A stretch of DNA of 64,000 bases from positions 12,496-76,495 of IMG/VR virus record IMGVR_UViG_3300046092_000205; one strand, written 5' to 3'. The notes below the pieces were generated by a model. It ran no database searches. It saw only the letters and a list, made by a program, of their open reading frames with translations, and was not told where the DNA came from. The number at the start of each line of letters is the position of its first letter. Position 1 is the first letter of the stretch. The stretch comes from a virus. Below are positions 17,954-26,041 of the stretch, piece by piece. The translations under genes were made by a program, and so were the position numbers.

Positions 17954-20281
17954 ATGCAACAAACACCTAATTTAATCCGCCATATTGAAGAAGCCTCAAA
18001 AACTTCGCAAAAAAATAATCGCCCAAACAATGTTGTCGATTTATTTTCGCAACTTTTAAATGAGAGCAAATTTCAAAATTTGCTAACATCTTTTAAAATA
18101 AATCCCGAAGCTGTTAAAGATAGCTTATCTGAAAAATTACCAGATGTTTTCCCAGAGATTTTTGAAGGATGTGAGGAGGAATATAATACTGTCTTAAAAG
18201 AGGCTGAAGATTCGGCAAAAGAATTGGGTTATGGATATTTTGATACCGAACATCTTTTTCATGAGCTTCTAAATTCATCGCCCACCATTAAATCTTTTTT
18301 CGCCATCCACGATATTTCCTTGGATGAAATTTTAGAAAAAACAGCAGACATGGTTTCTTTAAAAGATGAAGGCTTGAAAGAATTATCAAGAGAATTATCT
18401 GAGCCAGATTTCCCAACAATTGATAAGTTTTGCAAGAACCTATCAATTGATTATGGAACTGAATCTCAAAAAATCTATGGACGTTCCGAAGAAATTTCCA
18501 ATATTTTAGATGTTCTTTGCCGACATAAAAAAGGAAATGCTATTCTAATTGGAGATCCAGGAGTTGGTAGAAAAAGCATTATTCGCGGCGTCATCGAAAA
18601 AATTAATAGCGGCAAAAGCTCAGAGGTCTTGCGTGAAAAAACATTTTATGAGCTTGACATTACAGCAATTATTGCTGGAGCTTCAATGTTTGGCTCTATC
18701 GAAGGTCGTTTTAAAAACCTGACAAAGGAACTGGAGGATCACGGCAGCGCTGTTCTTGTTATTCCAGATTTCCAAGTAGTTTCTGGAAGTGGATTTAAAG
18801 ATGGTCCAAGTGAAATTTCAAATTTCTTGAAGAGTATTTTAGCGCGGCCAAATATTTCTTGTCTCGCGACAATTACCCAAGTTGATTACAAGAAGCATAT
18901 TGAGAAGGATCAATCTATGACTAATCTTTTTGAGGTTATCAAAGTTAAAGAGCCAACTAAAGAAGAAACGCGCCAAATCATTGTGAATTCAATCTACGAA
19001 TTGGAAGATTGTCACTATGTTGAATTTCCAATGGAAACAGTTGATATGGTTTTGGATCTTTGCGAAAAGTATCTTCCCTATAGACGTTTCCCAGAAAAAG
19101 CATTTGATACACTTGACTTTCTTGGAGCTAGAACTAAGAATGAGCACTTTACTCATCCGCCAAAACTTCATGAAGAATGGCAATCTATCATGGATAAAAT
19201 TGGCCCAAATATCCAACAAGACTCTCCAGAGTTTATCAAATTGAATCGACGCATGGAAAAATGGGCGAAAAAACTGAATAAGTGGATGGAATACACCGAT
19301 AGAAATATTCCATCAATTTCACCACAAAAGGCTATTTCAACATTTGCTGAAAAGTATAAAATTACCGAAAATCAACTCAAGCAACTTCAAACATCAACAA
19401 TTGATGGGCTTGCCGAAAAATTAAAAAGCGCAATCTTTGGCCAAGATCATGCTATTGATAAAGTATGCGATGTTCTGCTGTGCTCGAAAGTTGGTTTGAG
19501 AGATAAAAATAAACCACTAGGTAAATTCATGTTTGTTGGATCAACTTCGACTGGCAAGACCGAATTAAGTAAGCAGCTAGCAGTAAATTACTTTGGCGAT
19601 GACAAGGCTTTATTAAAGTTGGATATGTCTGAATTTTCAGAAAAGTTTTCTAGCTCATCTCTAATTGGAACAACTGCTGGGTACGTGGGATATGAAAACG
19701 GTGGGCGTCTAACTGAATTCGTAAAGCATAACCCATCATGCGTTGTTCTGTTTGACGAAATTGAGAAGGCTGATAGGAGCGTTCACAATCTTCTACTTCA
19801 AATCATGGACGATGGCTATCTTACTGATGGTCAAGGATTCAGGGTAGATTTTACAAACACAATCGTTATTCTCACAACAAATTCTGGTAGTGAACCACCA
19901 AAATCAATGGGCTTTAATATTGAGCCGTCAAATGATCATCATGAAAAAGCGGCCAAAAAAGATTTTGCCCCTGAATTTAGAGCGCGAGTCGATGAAATTG
20001 TTGTATTCAAAGATATGGATGACAAAATGATGACGAGTATCCTTAGCAAATTCATTAACCAGTCACTGGAAAAACTAAAAGAATCTGGAGTTTCAGTTAC
20101 TATTGAAGAATCTGTAAAAAATCTTTTGCTCAAAGAAGTTAAGTCCCAAGGCTCGCACTCGCGAGAAATCCAAACAACTGTGAGACGAAAATTAGATGTG
20201 CCACTTGCAAAGTTTATTATTAATAATAGACCCAAAACAATTTTTGTAAAATCTTGCGAAAACAAGATAGAAATATTGTAA
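17954..20281 (+). CDS. ClpA/ClpC-like AAA+ unfoldase (degenerate first ATPase domain)
   Basis: Clp-N TEHL, GRSEEI, LIGDPGVGRKS, RRFPEKAFD, IFGQDHAI, GSTSTGKT, DMSEF, GYVGYE, LFDEIEKA, SMGF. Confidence 0.9.
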   Translation: MQQTPNLIRHIEEASKTSQKNNRPNNVVDLFSQLLNESKFQNLLTSFKINPEAVKDSLSEKLPDVFPEIFEGCEEEYNTVLKEAEDSAKELGYGYFDTEHLFHELLNSSPTIKSFFAIHDISLDEILEKTADMVSLKDEGLKELSRELSEPDFPTIDKFCKNLSIDYGTESQKIYGRSEEISNILDVLCRHKKGNAILIGDPGVGRKSIIRGVIEKINSGKSSEVLREKTFYELDITAIIAGASMFGSIEGRFKNLTKELEDHGSAVLVIPDFQVVSGSGFKDGPSEISNFLKSILARPNISCLATITQVDYKKHIEKDQSMTNLFEVIKVKEPTKEETRQIIVNSIYELEDCHYVEFPMETVDMVLDLCEKYLPYRRFPEKAFDTLDFLGARTKNEHFTHPPKLHEEWQSIMDKIGPNIQQDSPEFIKLNRRMEKWAKKLNKWMEYTDRNIPSISPQKAISTFAEKYKITENQLKQLQTSTIDGLAEKLKSAIFGQDHAIDKVCDVLLCSKVGLRDKNKPLGKFMFVGSTSTGKTELSKQLAVNYFGDDKALLKLDMSEFSEKFSSSSLIGTTAGYVGYENGGRLTEFVKHNPSCVVLFDEIEKADRSVHNLLLQIMDDGYLTDGQGFRVDFTNTIVILTTNSGSEPPKSMGFNIEPSNDHHEKAAKKDFAPEFRARVDEIVVFKDMDDKMMTSILSKFINQSLEKLKESGVSVTIEESVKNLLLKEVKSQGSHSREIQTTVRRKLDVPLAKFIINNRPKTIFVKSCENKIEIL

Positions 20282-20315
20282 TCTGTCGTTAATATACTGA
20301 CAACAGTCAATACAT

Positions 20316-20498
20316 ATGAACAACATCGAAACAACCCTAAAGTCTACCCGTGGCCGCTTTTTTACACTCTCCACTAAGCAAGGAGAGAAGTTTAATGCTC
20401 AAGCTCGCGGAATGACAAAGTGCTACATTACAGTCTTTGATCGCAATAAGAATCGCTTGCGTAAGCTAGCCAAAACAAGTGTGATTGGCGTAAACTAA
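20316..20498 (+). CDS. small basic protein, possibly SH3/Sm-like beta-barrel
   Basis: 60 aa, GRFFTLSTKQGEKFNAQ, Lys/Arg rich. Confidence 0.65.
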   Translation: MNNIETTLKSTRGRFFTLSTKQGEKFNAQARGMTKCYITVFDRNKNRLRKLAKTSVIGVN

Positions 20499-20499
20499 A

Positions 20500-20672
20500 T
20501 GTCGCGCGCACTTGATGGAAAGCTACCATCGAGAGCAACGCACAAACTTAAGGTACCGCACCAATTTGGGTCGCTCAGTTCAACCAAGACCCAGAACGGA
20601 AAATGTGATAAGTTGAACTATCACGGCCTTGAGCATCAAATCCCAAATTACTGAAAAGTAGTTTGGGATTTT
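20500..20672 (+). ncRNA. candidate structured ncRNA (hairpin + 3-way junction with kissing loops + terminator)
   Basis: Stems 20511-18/20526-33, 20547-53/20627-33, 20567-72/20588-93, 20605-10/20619-24; loops GTTCAAC and GTTGAAC are complementary. Confidence 0.65.
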
Positions 20673-20673
20673 T
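20639..20673 (+). terminator. intrinsic terminator
   Basis: AATCCCAAATTACT-GAAA-AGTAGTTTGGGATT followed by T run. Confidence 0.8.
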
Positions 20674-20687
20674 CGTTTATTATAAAT

Positions 20688-21725
20688 ATGCGTCTAGAAA
20701 ATATTCTCCGAGAAAAGATTTACGCTTTTTCAATGCACTCAGAAACTTCTGAAGCAGAAATCTTTCTCCTAAAAGAAATTGCCGCTAAAAATAAATTGGG
20801 TGAATATATTAGCTCATTAGTATTGGATAATAATGATAACTATGACTCTTATCGCTTGGATACGTCAGATGGTCATTTTTGCGTAAAATTATCTCTTGAT
20901 CCTCAAGATTCCTCTATCAAAAAAGACTTTGAGACGCTTTCTCAATTATTGGATAAACATTTACCTTACGCTATTGCTCTGGGAGATTTAAAAGATTTTC
21001 ACGCTCAATATTCCGTCTCTTCATTTGTTTATGGACAAAGTTGCGCTGAGTTAGGCAAATCTCACATCACATCTCTAAAGGATAAATTTTTAGAATTAAT
21101 TAACGGTTTGGCTGAGAAAAAAATAAAAGCTCAATCATTTAAAGAATTCGTAGAGGAGAAATACCTATTTTCAGATATTACAAAAACGCCTCAATTCAAA
21201 GAAGTTGATTTTTCTAAGGATATGGAAGTTTTAGAAATCTGCACATCTGAACTTATTGCTACAAAAAAACTAATAAAAGAAGCCTATAATTCCTGCATGG
21301 AAGGTCAACAATTATGCCATGGAAACATTACTCCATCAAGACTATTAATTCGTGGCGACGAATTTTCTTTAATTAATTTTGATGATTCTTATATTGGGAA
21401 TCCATTAATTGATCTTTGTTCTCTAAAATATGAGTTTTTTATTCAAGATGGTATGGAGGCGGCAATTATTAATGATTTTCGCGCAAAAAATAATTTTGAG
21501 ATGGCCGACTATAGAAAATGTGCGAATTTAGTTAAGATTATGAAGTTTCATGATTTAATTAACGACTTTATTAAGTATGTTTATATTTATAGGGGAGTAA
21601 AGCATAGAAAAATTCTTGAACTAACTGAAAAAATGAGTAGATCATTTGGCTTATTCGGTGGGTTGCCACCGTTCGAAAGACACAAAGAAAAAATAGCTGA
21701 GCTATTTACGTCAAGCGTAATTTAA
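20688..21725 (+). CDS. APH/choline-kinase fold protein, probable pseudokinase
   Basis: FCVK; LCHGNITPSRLL in place of HGDxxxxN; LINFDDS in place of IDFD; GNPLIDL. Confidence 0.7.
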   Translation: MRLENILREKIYAFSMHSETSEAEIFLLKEIAAKNKLGEYISSLVLDNNDNYDSYRLDTSDGHFCVKLSLDPQDSSIKKDFETLSQLLDKHLPYAIALGDLKDFHAQYSVSSFVYGQSCAELGKSHITSLKDKFLELINGLAEKKIKAQSFKEFVEEKYLFSDITKTPQFKEVDFSKDMEVLEICTSELIATKKLIKEAYNSCMEGQQLCHGNITPSRLLIRGDEFSLINFDDSYIGNPLIDLCSLKYEFFIQDGMEAAIINDFRAKNNFEMADYRKCANLVKIMKFHDLINDFIKYVYIYRGVKHRKILELTEKMSRSFGLFGGLPPFERHKEKIAELFTSSVI

Positions 21726-21738
21726 GATTTGGAGCACG

Positions 21739-21744
21739 GTGTAA
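21739..21744 (+). promoter_or_regulatory. GTGTAA putative late promoter
   Basis: 11 nt before ATG 21756, first gene of the fibre operon. Confidence 0.65.
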
Positions 21745-21755
21745 AATAATACACA

Positions 21756-22100
21756 ATGAGTGCTTCATATAATTTAACAGGTTCTAGTGCTATAGAGAGA
21801 GGCTCTTGTGCGTCTTTTTCTTTTGATTTAAATGCTTCCTCTGGCGAATATGGAATCTCTGGATATTTAGTTTCTGGATTTATTCGCCGCAAATGGGATA
21901 GAAATTTAGAAACAACTTGGAATTCTCAAATTCTTTCTACTGGATCTGGTATTGTTAATATGACTCTTACCGCCGATCAAACATCCAGATTATCATTAGC
22001 TCCATTAGAGCATGAAGTATTTCTTTATCCCCCATCTTCTGGATGCCCCATAAGAATTCTTGACGGAGAAATAGAAGTAAAAGGCGGTGATATTTTTTAA
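21756..22100 (+). CDS. virion structural protein (BppU N-terminal-like)
   Basis: IERG..F, GIVNMTLTADQTSRL, RILDGEIEV. Confidence 0.65.
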   Translation: MSASYNLTGSSAIERGSCASFSFDLNASSGEYGISGYLVSGFIRRKWDRNLETTWNSQILSTGSGIVNMTLTADQTSRLSLAPLEHEVFLYPPSSGCPIRILDGEIEVKGGDIF

Positions 22101-22103
22101 TTT

Positions 22104-25100
22104 ATGGCTGATTTAAATATTACAATTAATCCTCCGCCAGCAATTTCCGTAGGAATTAGTCCGCCGCAATCCACTTCGATTACTGTTGGAGATGGAATTC
22201 CACCCCATAATATAACTCATTCTCCTGCTGGATCAGATAGTTTGGCCACATGGTACGCTACAGTTAATGATTTAAGTATCGTGAGTGGTTCACTATCAAG
22301 CGGCACTGTATCACTTACTGGCAATCAAAATATTTCGGGCGTAAAAAACTTTTATTCTCGACCAACACTTAATGACATCGGTCTTCAAACAACTGGCGAA
22401 TATGAAGAATTTAATTCGTGGAAGGAATATAAAGGCACTCTTTATCCTAATCCAAATAACGACTTAAATAGAAACTATAGTGTCTTACTAGACGCCGAAG
22501 ATAATTCTGGCCCATCTGGAGCAACGATTTGGTACAATATTCCCCAATGGACAGGAGCGAAACCAGTTGGAACGGGTATTTCTTCGTTTTATAACACTGG
22601 TTTTTGGGCGCGGGATTATGACTGGTCATGCGTATCGTTTAAGGGCGCTAGAGCGCGTGCTGATGGGTTTCCATCAATATGTATAACGTTAATCTCCAAG
22701 AGACACGCTATTGGCGTTCAACATTGGCAACTTGGGCGGGGGGACAAGGTAGCATTTGTTTCTAATGTGGAAACTGGTTACACTTGGGAGGCGACAATCG
22801 CGGATGCTTACAATTTGAATGGGGATTTGTTATTATACTCATTCACTGAAGATGCTCCAAGCCAAATTCGTCCAGCCTCAATTATTCGTTCTCCAGTAGC
22901 GTCATCATGGCAAGCAAACTCGTTATTAGGGACAAGAGGGTTCATGGTTAAGGATTCGACAGTATTGAATGAGACTTTTGGCGGTATTAAAACTGGAGTA
23001 GGCGGCTTTATTGGGGGAGCTTTAGATATAACATATTCGCTTAGTGCTGGCGGTGCTGGCGCGAGATATACTGGCTTTCATGTGGGCGGAGACTCGTCAA
23101 GCCCTGTATTTATACCACTTAGAGATGGGAGACTTGTGTATGTTAGCTCTGCGACTTTTGTTGGCAATGGGACTTTTGTGGGTGATCCAAATATTATATC
23201 TGGAATCAATGTTTTTACAACTGGATATTCTATAGATTATTGGGATGTTCCAAAAGTTCCAGTATTTTCCGTCGATCCAACAAATGTAATCCGTAACCTC
23301 GGAACGGAGACGAATAAATGGTATGAAATAAACTGCGGTTATGTTAAAGCATTAAATCTTGATGGATTGTTGTCTGAGAGTAATATTCAACTATTTAACG
23401 AGGTTTTATATGGGGAAGATGTTGTTATCGCAGATCCAATAACTTCTAAAGGATTAACTTACAATTCAGAAGGTTGGGATTATCCAAACCTAATTAATTT
23501 TAGCGGCACTTTCCCAAATAATTATTTTTCTAGATTTGTTATCCCAAATTCTGGCGCATCCATTAACTTCACTTCATCAGGACCAACATTATTGATGCCA
23601 AATGGTAGTGGGTTTTCTGGCGCTGGCTATGTTATTGAGGCTAGAGGGGTAGATTCTAACAAAATACTCATTCAGCCAATATCAGTCCCATTTGGAACTT
23701 ATGCAACTGGCAACGTTATCCGACCCTCTCAAACAGGTAATTTTGTTGATAAATCTTCTGCTGTATTACTCACTGGTAATCAAAATATTTCGGGCGTAAA
23801 AAACTTTGCTCATATTACAGCCTTAAGTCTTCAAGGAGATTTAAGGGAGTTGGATATTTCTACCTATAATGAGTATTTTTATGGGGAAACAGTTAACGCA
23901 ACCCAAGAAAATCTTCAGGGATTAACTATTAATACACAAGAAGTTGCCGAATCAAATACAATTAATTTCAGTGGCAACTACCGAGATACCTTTTGGGCTA
24001 GATTTGTTATCCCAAATTCTGGCGCATCCATTAATTTTTCTTCATCAGGGCCAACATTACTGATGCCCAATGGTAGTGGCTTTTCTGGTGTTGGCTATGT
24101 TATTGAGGCTAGAGCGGTGGGCTATAACAAAATACTTATTCAGCCAATAGCTTTCCCATCTGGAACTCATGTAACTGGCAACGTTATCCGACCCTCTGAA
24201 ACTGGGCAATTTACTGGGGTGTTCTACCCGTATTCAGGTAATCCAGCGGGTTATGTTCAAGGGGCAGTTGTTAGACCATCTAATACTGGAAATTTTGTTG
24301 ATAAATCTTCCGCTGTACTGCTTACTGGGAATCAAAATATTTCGGGCACTAAAAACTTTACTTATGTTACAGCATTAAGTCTTCAAGGAGACTTAAGAGA
24401 GTGGGATACTTTAATCTATAATGAGTATATATATGGGGAAACGATTAATATAACCCAAAACGATCTTAATGGAATAACTGTTAATGCAGCGCTGCCTGAC
24501 ATAACCAACATAATTAATTTCAGCGGAGCTTACTCTGATACCTTTTGGGCTAGATTCGTTATCCCAAATTCTGGCTCATCTATAAACTTTTCTTCATCAG
24601 GGCCAACATTATTAATGCCCCATGGTAGCGGTTTTTCTGGCGTTGGCTATGTTATTGAGGCTAGATCAGTAGATTTTAACAAAATACTCATTCAGCCAAT
24701 CTCATTTCCATCTGGAACTTACAGTAGTACTACTGGTTATCTTACGGGCTATGTCAATAAAACAGAAACAGGAAGTTTCATAACAACCGCTCAAACAGGT
24801 CAATTTGTTTCGACTGGATCTACAGGTCAATTTGTTACAGGAAGCGTTGTAAGGCCAAGCCAAACTGGAGCATTTCTTACTACTGGCGCGGCTGATAATC
24901 GTTACGCTTTGCAGTCAGCAACTGGTAATTTTGTTACCACAGGTCAAACGGGTAATTTTCTAACAAGTGGAACACCCATTGAAACTATTCAGTTATACGC
25001 TAAAAATGACGAATCTTTTACCTTGTACAAGGGTCAAGCTGTTTATATTGGCGGAGCCAATGGAACAAATGCATTAATCAAAAGAGCGTCAAATACTGGA

Positions 25101-25670
25101 GAACTAACCTCTTCAAAAACTATTGGTCTTTTAGCTCAGAACTTAAATGCTGATGATTTTGGCTATATTATATCAGAAGGAATTCTGGAGGGAATTAACA
25201 CAAGTGCGGCTACCGCTGGTGATCCAATGTGGCTTGGCACAACTGGAGATCTTATTTTTGGCACTGGCAATAAACCTTATGGCAATAATCACCTTGTTTA
25301 TTTAGGTGTTGTTCTGCGCTCTCAATCGAGTAACGGTAAAGTTTATATCAAGCCTCAAAACGGTTTTGAGATTGAGGAATTGCATCGTGTCTACGCTAAA
25401 AATGCAATCAGTAAAGATACTTTAATGTATGATTCGACGAGCGGATCTTGGTTTGCGCGTCAAATTTCAACTGGAGACGTATCTGGTATTTCGTCTTACG
25501 CCACAAATAGTTCTGTTGTATCTCTTACTGGAGATCAAAATATCTCTGGAGTTAAAAATTTTTATTCTCGCCCAACAGTCAATGGAACAGGAGTTTTACT
25601 CAGCGGAGAATCAATTACTACTCAACCCAATGATGCCAATTTGATTATTGGTTTATCTCTCTTTCTTTAA
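22104..25670 (+). CDS. large fibre/spike protein with trypsin-like domain and triplicated module
   Basis: LTG(N/D)QNISG(V/T)KNF fibre motif x4, three internal repeats, TG/SG-rich, LIS.RH...HW and GDSSSP. Confidence 0.8.
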   Translation: MADLNITINPPPAISVGISPPQSTSITVGDGIPPHNITHSPAGSDSLATWYATVNDLSIVSGSLSSGTVSLTGNQNISGVKNFYSRPTLNDIGLQTTGEYEEFNSWKEYKGTLYPNPNNDLNRNYSVLLDAEDNSGPSGATIWYNIPQWTGAKPVGTGISSFYNTGFWARDYDWSCVSFKGARARADGFPSICITLISKRHAIGVQHWQLGRGDKVAFVSNVETGYTWEATIADAYNLNGDLLLYSFTEDAPSQIRPASIIRSPVASSWQANSLLGTRGFMVKDSTVLNETFGGIKTGVGGFIGGALDITYSLSAGGAGARYTGFHVGGDSSSPVFIPLRDGRLVYVSSATFVGNGTFVGDPNIISGINVFTTGYSIDYWDVPKVPVFSVDPTNVIRNLGTETNKWYEINCGYVKALNLDGLLSESNIQLFNEVLYGEDVVIADPITSKGLTYNSEGWDYPNLINFSGTFPNNYFSRFVIPNSGASINFTSSGPTLLMPNGSGFSGAGYVIEARGVDSNKILIQPISVPFGTYATGNVIRPSQTGNFVDKSSAVLLTGNQNISGVKNFAHITALSLQGDLRELDISTYNEYFYGETVNATQENLQGLTINTQEVAESNTINFSGNYRDTFWARFVIPNSGASINFSSSGPTLLMPNGSGFSGVGYVIEARAVGYNKILIQPIAFPSGTHVTGNVIRPSETGQFTGVFYPYSGNPAGYVQGAVVRPSNTGNFVDKSSAVLLTGNQNISGTKNFTYVTALSLQGDLREWDTLIYNEYIYGETINITQNDLNGITVNAALPDITNIINFSGAYSDTFWARFVIPNSGSSINFSSSGPTLLMPHGSGFSGVGYVIEARSVDFNKILIQPISFPSGTYSSTTGYLTGYVNKTETGSFITTAQTGQFVSTGSTGQFVTGSVVRPSQTGAFLTTGAADNRYALQSATGNFVTTGQTGNFLTSGTPIETIQLYAKNDESFTLYKGQAVYIGGANGTNALIKRASNTGELTSSKTIGLLAQNLNADDFGYIISEGILEGINTSAATAGDPMWLGTTGDLIFGTGNKPYGNNHLVYLGVVLRSQSSNGKVYIKPQNGFEIEELHRVYAKNAISKDTLMYDSTSGSWFARQISTGDVSGISSYATNSSVVSLTGDQNISGVKNFYSRPTVNGTGVLLSGESITTQPNDANLIIGLSLFL
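23341..24720 (+). repeat. three diverged direct repeats (~470-550 nt) in fibre gene
   Basis: RFVIPNSG(A/S)SINF(T/S)SSGPTLLMP.GSGFSG.GYVIEAR.V..NKILIQPI at ~23530, ~23998 and ~24551 with near-identical DNA. Confidence 0.95.
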
Positions 25671-25673
25671 ATT

Positions 25674-26039
25674 ATGCCAACCTATACTAAAATACCACTA
25701 TCTCAAAACGCTATTGGAGCGGGAATTATCGTAACATCTTCAGGAGTTCCAGGCACTTTCTTGCACGCTACACCAAGCAATAGTGTGGACCTTGATGAAA
25801 TTTGGTTGTATGCTAACAATACAGGAATGTCGGATGCATTTCTTACTCTGTATTGGGGAACTACTGGAGCTTCTAACGTTCTTGGCCCTGTTACTGTTCA
25901 GGCTTATGCTGGACCAACTCTTATATCTCCTGGGCTAGTGCTTGAGGGTAGTGGCTCAACAGCTAGTGTTGTTTATGGCACAAGCTCAGTTCCTAGTGGA
26001 ATCAGTGTGTATGGTTACGTTAATAGAATCACAGCTTAA
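25674..26039 (+). CDS. small virion/fibre-associated protein
   Basis: DEIWLYANN...LISPGLVL...GYVNRI, beta-rich. Confidence 0.7.
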   Translation: MPTYTKIPLSQNAIGAGIIVTSSGVPGTFLHATPSNSVDLDEIWLYANNTGMSDAFLTLYWGTTGASNVLGPVTVQAYAGPTLISPGLVLEGSGSTASVVYGTSSVPSGISVYGYVNRITA

Positions 26040-26041
26040 TT

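Noticed and set aside
23341-24720. Template/variable repeat pair of a diversity-generating retroelement
   Set aside because: All copies are in frame in one gene, differences do not appear adenine-specific, and no reverse transcriptase is in the window
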